A DNA stretch of 31,869 bases. Origin: Macrostomum lignano. Lineage: Eukaryota. Position numbers and translations under genes: made by a program. The notes below the pieces were generated by a model, which was given only the letters and a program-made list of their open reading frames with translations, had not been told where the DNA came from and did not search any database. Positions 22,901-31,869 of the stretch are shown piece after piece. Every line of letters begins with the position of its first letter. Within the stretch, counting starts at the first letter, position 1. The stretch is from assembly GCA_002269645.1 (NCBI GenBank), contig NIVC01003238.1:1-31869 (forward strand), given 5' to 3'.

Positions 22901-25826
22901 TAATACTATTATTATTAACATGCAAAACATGAGCAGACCTGAGTCCGGCCTTTCTGAGCGGCCTCGTGAAGCGGACTGTAGCCCCATTTATCAACGGCAT
23001 TCACGTCGGCTCCGTGTCGAACCAGCAGCGCGGCAATGTCAACGTGGCCATAGGAGCTGGCATTGTGCAAGGGTATTAGTCCGCCTCGGTCCTGCGCGTT
23101 CACCTCGGCACCCTGGGCTAGCAGGTATTCGGCCACTTCGTAATTATTATAGCCAGCGGCCAGGTGTAACGGGGTAGAGTTCCTGCCGGCAGTGTCCCGG
23201 CAAGAGATGTTCTCTGGTGAGACCAGGCGCTGCACCTTGGCCAAGTTGCCTTTCTTAGCGGACTCTAGCAGGGCCTGGTCACCCCGAAGCAGGTCGTAGA
23301 TGTCCGACTCGGTGTCCTTGACCAGGTCGATCGGGGCGCAGCCGTCGCGATTCTTTTTAGCCGGATCGGCGCCGTGTCGGAGTAGCAATTTGCAGATCTC
23401 GAATTTGCCTTTAGCCGCGGCCTCGTGTAGGGGAGTGAATTTCCACAGATCCGTCACGTTGACGCTGGCCCCGCTGTGCAGTAGCAGCTCGGCCACCTTG
23501 GCGTGACCGTAGCTGCAGGCGTTGTGCAGTGGCACCAGGCCGCCTTTGTCCTTGGCGTGCACGTCGGCTCCCTGCTGCAGTAGGAATTCAACAACCGACA
23601 GTCGGTTGTAGCCGGCGGCAAAGTGCAGCGGTGTCGAATGTCGGCCGTCCAGATCGCGACAGTTCACAGCCTCGGGATGGGCGCGGACTAGGCGGGTGAC
23701 CAGGTCCAAATCGCCCGATTTGGCTGCCTCTAGTAGTTGCAAGTCGACTTGGTTGCGAGTTTCCGGCACCGGCGGAGCTGGCGGCGTCGGTGGCGACGTC
23801 GGAGGGACGGGCGGCGAAATGGGCAACGAGGCAGAAGCGGACGACGAGGAAGAAGGCTGCTGCTGCTGTACAGTAGTGGTGTGGCACCGCGGCCAGAGAG
23901 GGCGGACTGGCGGCGGCAGCAGCCGTAGCCGCGGCCGCGGCAACAATGGGCGCAGCAGTCGGCCTGCACGCCTCCTGAGCTAGCAGAGCGGCCAGGGCGG
24001 GCTCGGCTGCCACGGAGTCGGCGCTGTGACCGTCCAGCGAGTGTACAGTGGGATCGGCGCCGTAGGCTAACAGCAGACGGCAGGCGGCGGTGTGGCCGGC
24101 CCCAGCGGCTGCGTGCAGAGGGGTGTGGCCGGACCGGTCGGGAGAGTTGGGCTTGGCGCCGAGTTTCAACAGCAATTCCAGCACGTCCATGTGGCCACGG
24201 CTGGCGGCCACGTGCAGCGGCGTCTGCAGTTGGCGATTCTTGTCGCCAAGCTGGCAGCCTTTGCGCAGTAGGCTCTCGCCGATCTGCCGACGCTTACCGC
24301 CGGCCGGGGTGGCGCAGGCGGCGCAGGCGTGCAGCAGGGAATCGCCGCTGACCGGATGCCGGTAGTTGAGCAGGTCCGGCGTGATCAGCTTCTTTACCTG
24401 AGTGATGGAGAGGTTTTGTGCAATGCAAGACTGGGCCTCTTTAACGACGAATTGGGCACCTTCTCAAATTTCAATACCCGGTTGGCGCTCCAATACCAAA
24501 TCTTGGCGCTCCAATACCAAATCTTGGCGCTCCAATACCAAATCTTGGCGCTCCAATACCAAATCTTGGCGCTCCAATACCAAATCTTGGCGCTCCAATA
24601 CCAAATCTTGACGGCCCAATACCAAATCTTGGCGCCTCAATACCAAATCTTGGCGCTTCAATACCAAATCTTCGCGCCTCAATACCAAATCTTGGCGCTC
24701 CAATACCAAATCTTGGCGCTCCAATACCAAATCTTGACGCTCCAATAACTAATTTTGGCGCTCCAATAACTAATCTTGGCGCCTCAATAGCAAATCTTGG
24801 CGCTCCAATAACTAATCTTGGCGCCTCAATAGCAAATCTTGGCGCCTCAATCACTAATCTTGGCGCCTAAATCACTCACTAATCTTGGCGCCTCAATCAC
24901 TAATCTTGGCGCCTCAATAACTAATCTTAAGGCCTCAATAAGTAATCTTGGCGCCTCAATCACTAATCTTGGCGCCTAAATCACTCACTAATCTTGGCGC
25001 CTAAATCACTCACTAATCTTGGCGCCTCAATCACTAATCTTGGCGCCTCAATAACTAATCTTGGCGCCTCAATCACTAATATTGGCGCCTAAATCACTCA
25101 CTAATCTTGGCGCCTCAATCACTAATCAATACCAGCGCATCAATACCAAATCCTGGTTCTTAAATACCCATCATGAGGCATTCAATAACAATGCCGTTTC
25201 CGTTTCAATCAAAACAAAAATCTTGGCACATTGACAAGCTGCAGTTCCAATTGTAAAGTTCCCGAGCTTGTAAAACGGTGCCTATTAGATACCAATAAAA
25301 GAACTCACCGAAGCAGAGTCGGCGCCGAGCACAGCATTGTACAAACAGCAGCCTTTATAGTCTCTCATCAGCCTGTCGCGCAGGTCCGGAGTCGGCGCCA
25401 GATCGGCCGGCGTCTTGCCGTGACAATTGGCGTGAAACGGATCGGCCGAGTGGGCCAGCAGCAGGGCACAGACTTCGGCCCGGCCTTTGCTAGCCGCCTC
25501 GTGTAGCGGAGTGAACTGCCACAGGTCAACTGCGTGCACGCTGGCCCCGGCCTGCAGCAGCAGCTCGGCAACTTCGTAGTGACCGTAGCTGCAGGCGTTG
25601 TGCAACGGCACCAGGCCGCCTTTGTCCTTGGCGTGCACGTCGGCGCCGTGCTGCAGTAGGAGGCGAATTATCTTGGTCCGATTGTAGCCGGCGGCCAGGT
25701 GCAACGGCGACGATTTACGGCCGTCGCCGGCGTGACAATTCACGTTGATTGGGGTCAGGTAGAGTCGCATAATCTCTTCGTTGCCGCTGCGCGAGGCTTC
25801 GAGGATTTCCTCTTTGCGGTAGTCGC
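19427..25826 (-). CDS. TNKS: Tankyrase (PARP5), 5'-partial; exons 25826-25309, 24397-22939, 22487-21604, 19926-19427; three apparent frameshifts
   Basis: Repeated tankyrase ARC motifs ([42 protein letters not shown]), a SAM domain ([18 protein letters not shown]), and a PARP domain with [21 protein letters not shown] and the [12 protein letters not shown] zinc motif. GT-AG junctions are phase-consistent. ARC1 and the start codon are not in the window. Confidence 0.95.
19995..21530. repeat. 23-24-bp minisatellite filling the last tankyrase intron (GTTTAGGAGACATTCTAAGAATG / GTTTAGGAGACATTCCAACAATA)
   Basis: About 65 copies of two interleaved variants; a 57-bp higher-order unit near 20400-20580; block 20041-20160 recurs at about 20541-20660. 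Confidence 0.95.
21604..22487 (-). CDS. TNKS: Tankyrase exon (end of ARC5, SAM, start of PARP) with a frame switch, about 22370-22140
   Basis: [14 protein letters not shown] (ORF 22140-22487), then [25 protein letters not shown] (ORF 21580-22233); donor GTGAGC. Confidence 0.88.
22556..22806. repeat. 31-bp purine-rich minisatellite in a tankyrase intron (GGATAAGGAGGCCAGAAAGGGAGATAAGAGA)
   Basis: About 8 copies. Confidence 0.92.
22939..24397 (-). CDS. TNKS: Tankyrase exon (ARC3-ARC5) with a frame switch in the linker, about 23980-23750
   Basis: [14 protein letters not shown].. in the frame of ORF 23588-24211, then [14 protein letters not shown].. in the frame of ORF 22915-23946; donor GTCTGC. 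Confidence 0.88.
24478..25127. repeat. 21/25-bp minisatellite in a tankyrase intron (TTGGCGCTCCAATACCAAATC grading to TTGGCGCCTAAATCACTCACTAATC)
   Basis: About 30 copies with a sequence gradient; explains the 7-aa-periodic ORFs. Confidence 0.92.
25309..25826 (-). CDS. TNKS: Tankyrase exon (ARC2, start of ARC3)
   Basis: Acceptor TTCACAG, phase 1 (G)[17 protein letters not shown]..; donor GTGAGT. Confidence 0.93.
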
Positions 25827-28719
25827 CTGTGAAGGCAAAATGTTATGAGGATTGTTAACAGTGGGGATTAATAAAGATAATGTGCTGTGCTGAAGACAAC
25901 AGCCTTCAGTTGTTGCTAGCATTTAAACTTTTAGACTTTTGACGAGGGTTTTCAGTCAATTGTGATTGCATCTCCGCGTTCCTTCTCGTGTTTGCATGTA
26001 ACATCATGTCATATGTCAATTTTATGTTACGGTATTAATTTTAATATATCGAAAGATAAATTGTGGATCGTCATTTTGAGCGTTTTTGAGTAGCATTTAA
26101 GTTACCGCAGCGATTTACATTGAAAATTCTAAATAATCTTGACTCCCAATTCATTGGTCCCTGGATCCAAACCAAGGATTTCCGATCATTTCCAAGGCAC
26201 TAAGATTCAGGCATTGAAAAATCGTTCTATTGTACAAAAATTAAGAATGTATCAAGACTACATGGACGTCGTAATCCTGCGATTGTCAAGTTTCCAAGTG
26301 TCAAGAAGAGAGGAATCAAGGTGAGTAGCTTCACTAATTAATGATTCGTGCTTGAGTTTAATCGGTATCATAAGCGACAAAGAAATTCAGGCGTATTACT
26401 AAGGAAATTCTCGTGTACTAATGTAGTACAAAATCTTTAGTATCGAAAAAATTTCTATCGTCACAAATCTAATACTTTGCTCTTGACGTTCTGCAAAGTA
26501 CAAGGAAAAATCTTTAAAATCGTTGATAAGAGTACAAAAAGATTTGCGTTAAGTCTAATTTGACCAGAGTAAGAGTTACAAATCCAATTCGTTCCACCCA
26601 ATAGTGCAACAAGCACTCCGCTGTCTGTCTGTCTGTCTGTCTGCCTGACGGCCCTAATGTAGAACTTCTCCAGCTTCTGTCCAACCAACAGCCAGACAAA
26701 TTTGGAGAAGTAAAAAATAGAGGAAACCTCAAGACTCGAGACGGCGCTGTCTGGTGGCTGGGGAATGCCAATAAAATGGCATTTGCATTTCATTTTGACC
26801 GGACTGGATAGCTGAGCCAAAGAGATCTCTACATAGATACTTGGAGCAATAACAAAAATATGTTTTCTATATTGTTGGAATTATTCGTTGGCGGATTCTT
26901 AAGCTTTGTCCAAGGACGTCTTGGAGGACGTCCAAGATTAAGACGTCCTTCGTTTTGTCTTATTCATCGGATTGTTCTTTTAGAAAAAATATTTGATGCA
27001 TGAGCTGGTATTACAACTTTATAGGAATGTCTTTTTGAAGCATTTGTTAAAAATTTTGTATAGAGTTTCAAGTCGACAGTGTTAAAGATGTAAGACGAGC
27101 GATTTTTTAGAAAGCAGTTTTTAATCCAGACTGTAGATTTCAATCTCCTTAGCCTGACAGACCGGTCTGGGCAACTTGACCGCCTTTTCCTCTCCTAGTC
27201 AATCAACACTGCCTTGTTGTATGTCGGCGCAGCAAAATGAAAGGAGCAAGACTGGAGCGAACGAAGCAAATAGAGGGATGAGGCAGTTGGGCCTGCCTCT
27301 TCCCAGAGGGATCAGAAAATTGCATTTCATCTCTTGCTCAATCAGGAATATAAAATCGAAGTCTGCAATTGTCTGTCTAAATGGTGTGCTCATCGTAGTC
27401 TGGAGATAACTTTCAGTTGATGATAAATCCTAGAACAGCGCAGAACAGCCAATCAGCGACTGGAACGATTTCTCTTACATCAAATCCGATCATGACAAGC
27501 CTCGCATATTGATGATAGGCGCAGACTATGTATACGTGTGTATACATATGCATGTATATGCAAAGAAAAAGCTAAAGCAATCTATAGACGCCTGTGTAAA
27601 TTATCCAGCAGTGTGGGCGGCCTCGCGTGCGAGACGCGGGCCTTAACCCCCCCCCCCCCGACCGATTCAAGTTGGGCCAGCATGGATAAGAGGGCAAGAA
27701 GGGGGATTTGCATCAACCCACCGAGTGGAGAAAAGAGTGCGCCACTTGTGCTTGCCAGCTAGCTCAGGAGCTGCTGGGCACGGAGAGAGACCGGGGAGTG
27801 CGGGAGAGGCAAAGATCGAGAGAAAGAGAGTTCATAGAGGCAAAGATGGGATCCTTCGGTAAGACGAGGGCGAAGCCTCACTGAGGCATCCGTGGGGCCC
27901 AGTGTGTGGGATTAGGGACCGGGATTATTCTAGCGCAGAACACCAAGAATGCGAGCACAAACTTCGCCAAAAAACACACTCGCGCAGACACACGCCGATC
28001 GGGCATCCGCCAATCCTCTTAGCGCCACCAATCTCACTTCAGCCACCCTGCTCCACTACTGTGGACTCAAAAAATCAGCCTTTCCAGCCTTCACAAGCTC
28101 CCCTTCAACATCATTCAAGAATAAAGAAAAATGAATGCACGCCCTCGTCTTAAGGCGGCAAGGGGAAGAGAGAGAAGACGCAGAGGAAGAGGAAAAGGAA
28201 AGAAAATGGTCCACCCAGTGTCGATTGGATTGATGACGCTCTGGATGCTGGAATTGGGAATTGAGAATATGTGGACAGCAACCGAGAGTGGAGGCTGGCA
28301 GAGGCAACGGCGGCGACGGAAGGGCAGAGAAGAGAATGACGGAGGGTGGGGAAGGAGGGACAGTGAGTGGAGCATTGGCACTATTGGATTTGCCCAAGCG
28401 ACCCATTCTCAAGCCGCCCCTACCCCGCCATCCAAGGCCTGCTTGAGCAGCTCTTACCAATGGGTTCTCCCCTCACTTGCGCGCTCCAAGGGACCAGGGA
28501 CAGGGAAGGGGGTCGAGAAATGGGGGATAAGGAAGCAGGGAGAGTGTGGGGAAACCAGAGCGAGGGATAGGGGGTGGGGTGAGAACAGGGGCAGGAGATG
28601 GAGATGCGGATAAAATAGACCAGGATCTCCGTCTTGCTTTGCTTTTCTTGGCTAGCTGAGATCTTCCCCCTAAAAAATTATCGAAATTTCTTCGGACTAA
28701 GATTAGCAGCAACAGCAAT

Positions 28720-29685
28720 ATGGGCCAACAAATGAGCGGCGAAGCCTATTGCCGGGCCACCATAGAGAAGCTATTAGCCGAACTGAACACCACGGACAGT
28801 CGGGTCAGCGAGAGCAAAGTAATAAACTCAGACAGCGGCAACACGGCGGCGGTGTCGGTAGAATTCACCTGGCGCGAATGGGCCAGAGTTAGCAAATATC
28901 TGGAACGCGTGCTGCCAAGCGCGGAGCAGAAGCGCTTATTAAACTATGTGCTATTAGATCGGACGGGACTGCGGCACTGTCGGGAAGAGGCAGCCGCGGC
29001 GCCAGCGGAATACAACTATTCTGAGACCGAGACCCAGAGCCCAGTTGAGAACGGGCACGCGGGCAACAGCGCCAAGCCCGGCTGGACGGTGCACGTCAAC
29101 TATGGCGACGTTGGCAGCAAGAATCCCATTCTATATCGGGACTTTGTTAAACTGCACTTCCAACTAGACGACGTAAAATTGCAGACGGACGCAGGCGAAG
29201 CCGAGGCCGAGGCCGCGGCGAATCGGCTGGCCGATTCTGTCAAGCGACGTTGCGGCGGCATCGGCATCAACCTGCTGGTGACCAAGGCAAAGCACCACGC
29301 CAGCGAGTGTTGCGTCGTAGTCAGTGGCACAGTCGACGTTCGATCCGTGCTGCGCAACGCGCAACAATTCGAGCTGCGTAGCTGGCTAAATCAGGCCAAA
29401 GCCGAGGATCAGGAGCTGTCCGATCAGCTGATGCGATCGGCGGCCGGGCTGCGCGATAAAATCGACGGAGCTGCGTCGGCCGCAGCGGCGGCAGCGGCAG
29501 CATCGGTTTCGACACCGCCGGCAGCGGCTGAAACTGACAACCCGACGCCGCCGGCGCCACGGTCGTCCAGAGCTGCAACTGCCGCAACAGCGGCTGCAGC
29601 GGCGGCGACGGCGGCTAAACAGGTGGACAGCAACAACCGGTACTTCCCGATGCGGCTGAGCTACTCGAGGACACTAACCGGGTGA
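28720..29685 (+). CDS. Hypothetical 321-aa protein, single exon, N-terminal MGQQMS
   Basis: 966-nt GC-rich ORF; strong Kozak context (A at -3, G at +4); globular-looking N-terminal 240 aa and an Ala/Pro-rich tail; ATTAAA at 29971. No family recognised. Confidence 0.7.
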   Translation: MGQQMSGEAYCRATIEKLLAELNTTDSRVSESKVINSDSGNTAAVSVEFTWREWARVSKYLERVLPSAEQKRLLNYVLLDRTGLRHCREEAAAAPAEYNYSETETQSPVENGHAGNSAKPGWTVHVNYGDVGSKNPILYRDFVKLHFQLDDVKLQTDAGEAEAEAAANRLADSVKRRCGGIGINLLVTKAKHHASECCVVVSGTVDVRSVLRNAQQFELRSWLNQAKAEDQELSDQLMRSAAGLRDKIDGAASAAAAAAAASVSTPPAAAETDNPTPPAPRSSRAATAATAAAAAATAAKQVDSNNRYFPMRLSYSRTLTG

Positions 29686-30123
29686 CGCTGGTGTACGCGC
29701 AGGAGGCGGCCACGCTAGTGCAGGCCCGGGCCGGGCGTTGAATTGACGCACAAAAAAACAGATTCTATCCAAGTTATGCGGATTTTTATCAATACGAGCT
29801 AATGATTTTTCAATGCTAATCACTATACATACAGGTATTATTATTTGTGTGACGCGAAAGACAATTACTCTGCCTATCTGTCGTGAAATAGTATCCGTTT
29901 TACTGTTATCTTTGTTTTAAACGCTAATCTTCGCATTCTAATAGAACTGGAGCAGCTCCTTTAAAAAGCAATTAAAATTTAGAAACATCCGGATATCAGC
30001 TCAGTGAAATGACTTTCTGAACTACAAGCGTATGCTATTATACCGCTGACATTGTTTGACACTGCTAAAGTACTCAAATAAGAGCCACCACTTGGTTTGC
30101 ATATATTTGTCCTAGTGTTTTAG

Positions 30124-30219
30124 TGTCTTGTGTCTGTCTGCCTGCCTGTCTGTCTGTCTGTATGTCTGTCTGCCTGCCTGCTGTCTATGTGTCTGTCTGT
30201 CTTTCTGTCTGTCTGTCTT

Positions 30220-30278
<59 letters not shown>

Positions 30279-30573
30279 GCCTGCCTGCCTGCCTGCCTGT
30301 CTGTCTGTCTGTCTATGTGTCTGTCTGTCTGTCTATGTGCCTGTCTGTCTTTCTGTCTGTCTGTCTGTCTGTCTTTATGTGTCTGTCTGTCTGTCTGTCT
30401 GTCTTGTGTCTGTCTGCCTGCCTGTCTGTCTGTCTGTCTTGTGTCTGTCTGCCTGCCTGTCTGCCTGCCTGTCTGTCTGTCTTGTGTCTGTCTGCCTGCC
30501 TGTCTGCCTGTCTGTCTGTCTGTCTTCCTGCCTGTCTGTCTTGTGTCTGTCTGCCTGCCTGCCTGCCTGCCTG
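30124..30573. repeat. (TGTC)n/(TGCC)n compound microsatellite
   Basis: Direct inspection. Confidence 0.95.
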
Positions 30574-31107
30574 CGATATGCATCAGATATCAGATCTATC
30601 AAGATGCATAGCTTCCTACTGGCCTAATTGATTCCATGATAACTAAGACAGTCCAAGTTTAGAACATGTCTTCTGAGTATCGTGTGACACAAAGCCGGAC
30701 ATGATTACCGGACTACGACGTGACTACTGTATAGCCAGCCATTTCTGCTCCCTTCAACACAGGAAGTATGGCCACTCCGTTATCTTATACAAATAATAGT
30801 GATGCATTACTAAGACAAATTAGACGAGAAAGTATGTTTAAAATAAGTGGAAGATTACACACTAGCTACTAATTTGATCAGTAGTAAAAATGCGAAATAA
30901 AAACGGAAATTAAACATTTTAAAAAAATAAGAAATCTCCAGAATGACTTGAAATTGGTTTAAAATAAGTGCCTGATGAGATGCTAGGATGCATGGCTCAA
31001 AGAGATGTGTTGTCGGTGCTTCACTGTTTCAAGGCCAACTATTTTTCTTATAGAAGCATTATTTGATAGTCGCACTTTTTGCTAATTTGCTAGTTAGCGA
31101 CTGTCTT

Positions 31108-31869
31108 GCGGCGCCAAAATGAGTGCCCTGCCTGCGCGCCAAAATGAGTGCCCTGTCTGCGGCGCCAAAATGAGTGCTCTGGCCTGCGGCGCCAAAATGA
31201 GTGCCCTGCCTGCGGCGCCAAAAAGAGTGAGTGCTCTGCCTGCGGCGCCAAAATGAGTGCTCTGCTGCCCGCGCCAAAATGAGTGCCCTGCCTGCGGCGC
31301 CAAAATGAGTGAGTGCTCTGCCTGCGGCGCTGGCGCGACCAAAATGAGTGCCCTGCCTGCGGCGCCAAAATGAGTGCCCTGTCTGCGGCCCCAAATAAGT
31401 TCCCTGTCTGCGGCGCCAAAATGAGTGCCCTGTCTGCGGCGCCAAAATGAGTTCCCTGCCTGCGGCGCCAAAATGAGTGCGCTGTCTGCGGCGCCAAAGT
31501 GAGTGCCCTGCCTGCGGCGCCAAAATGAGTGCCTGCCTGCGGCGCCAAGAGTGCCCTGTCTGCGGCGCCAAAATGAGTGCTCTGCCTGCGGCGCCAAATG
31601 ATGAGTGCTCTGCCTGCGGCGCCCAAAAATGAGTGCCCTGCTGCGGCGCCAAAATGAGTGCCTGTCTGCGGCCAAAATGAGTGCCCTGTCTGCGGCGCGC
31701 AAAATGAGTTCCCTGCCTGCGGCGCCAAAAAGAGTGAGTGCTCTGCCTGCGCGCGCCAAAATGAGTGCTCTGACTGCGGCGCCAAAATGAGTGCGCCTGC
31801 CTGCGGCCCAAATGAGTGAGTGCTCTGCCTGGCGGCGCAAAATGAGTGCCCTGTCTGCGGCGCCAAAAT
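31108..31869. repeat. About 26-bp minisatellite (GCGGCGCCAAAATGAGTGCCCTGCCT), running off the window end
   Basis: About 29 copies; the unit is an expanded version of the MITE-internal 21-mer. Confidence 0.93.

Noticed and set aside
27902-28718. Arg/Gly- and Ser/Pro-rich ORFs upstream of the 321-aa gene
   Set aside because: Products of purine-rich low-complexity sequence with no domain signal.

Overview
Eukaryotic (metazoan invertebrate) genomic DNA, not prokaryotic: GC-rich coding exons sit in AT-rich GT-AG introns packed with minisatellites. The style resembles a free-living flatworm such as Macrostomum, but that is inference only. Two conserved genes converge. A complete 11-exon WDR35/IFT121 gene lies on + (2213-10923, 3537 nt, 1178 aa, no frameshifts). 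A 5'-truncated tankyrase (TNKS/PARP5) lies on - (25826-19427; ankyrin repeat clusters ARC2-5, SAM, PARP) and needs three frame switches to read through. Two orphan GC-rich ORFs are also present: a single-pass membrane protein with endolysosomal sorting motifs (14027-14617, -) and a 321-aa MGxxxS protein (28720-29685, +), probably nested antisense in a tankyrase intron. Mobile DNA comprises two hAT-type MITE copies with 8-bp TSDs, a 157-bp-arm foldback in WDR35 intron 4 and a tRNA-derived CORE-like SINE just downstream of the tankyrase stop. About a dozen distinct tandem repeats occur, several sharing motifs with the mobile elements. No CRISPR, rRNA or intact tRNA gene was seen. All homology calls are from remembered protein sequences; no searches were run, and repeat boundaries and copy numbers are approximate.
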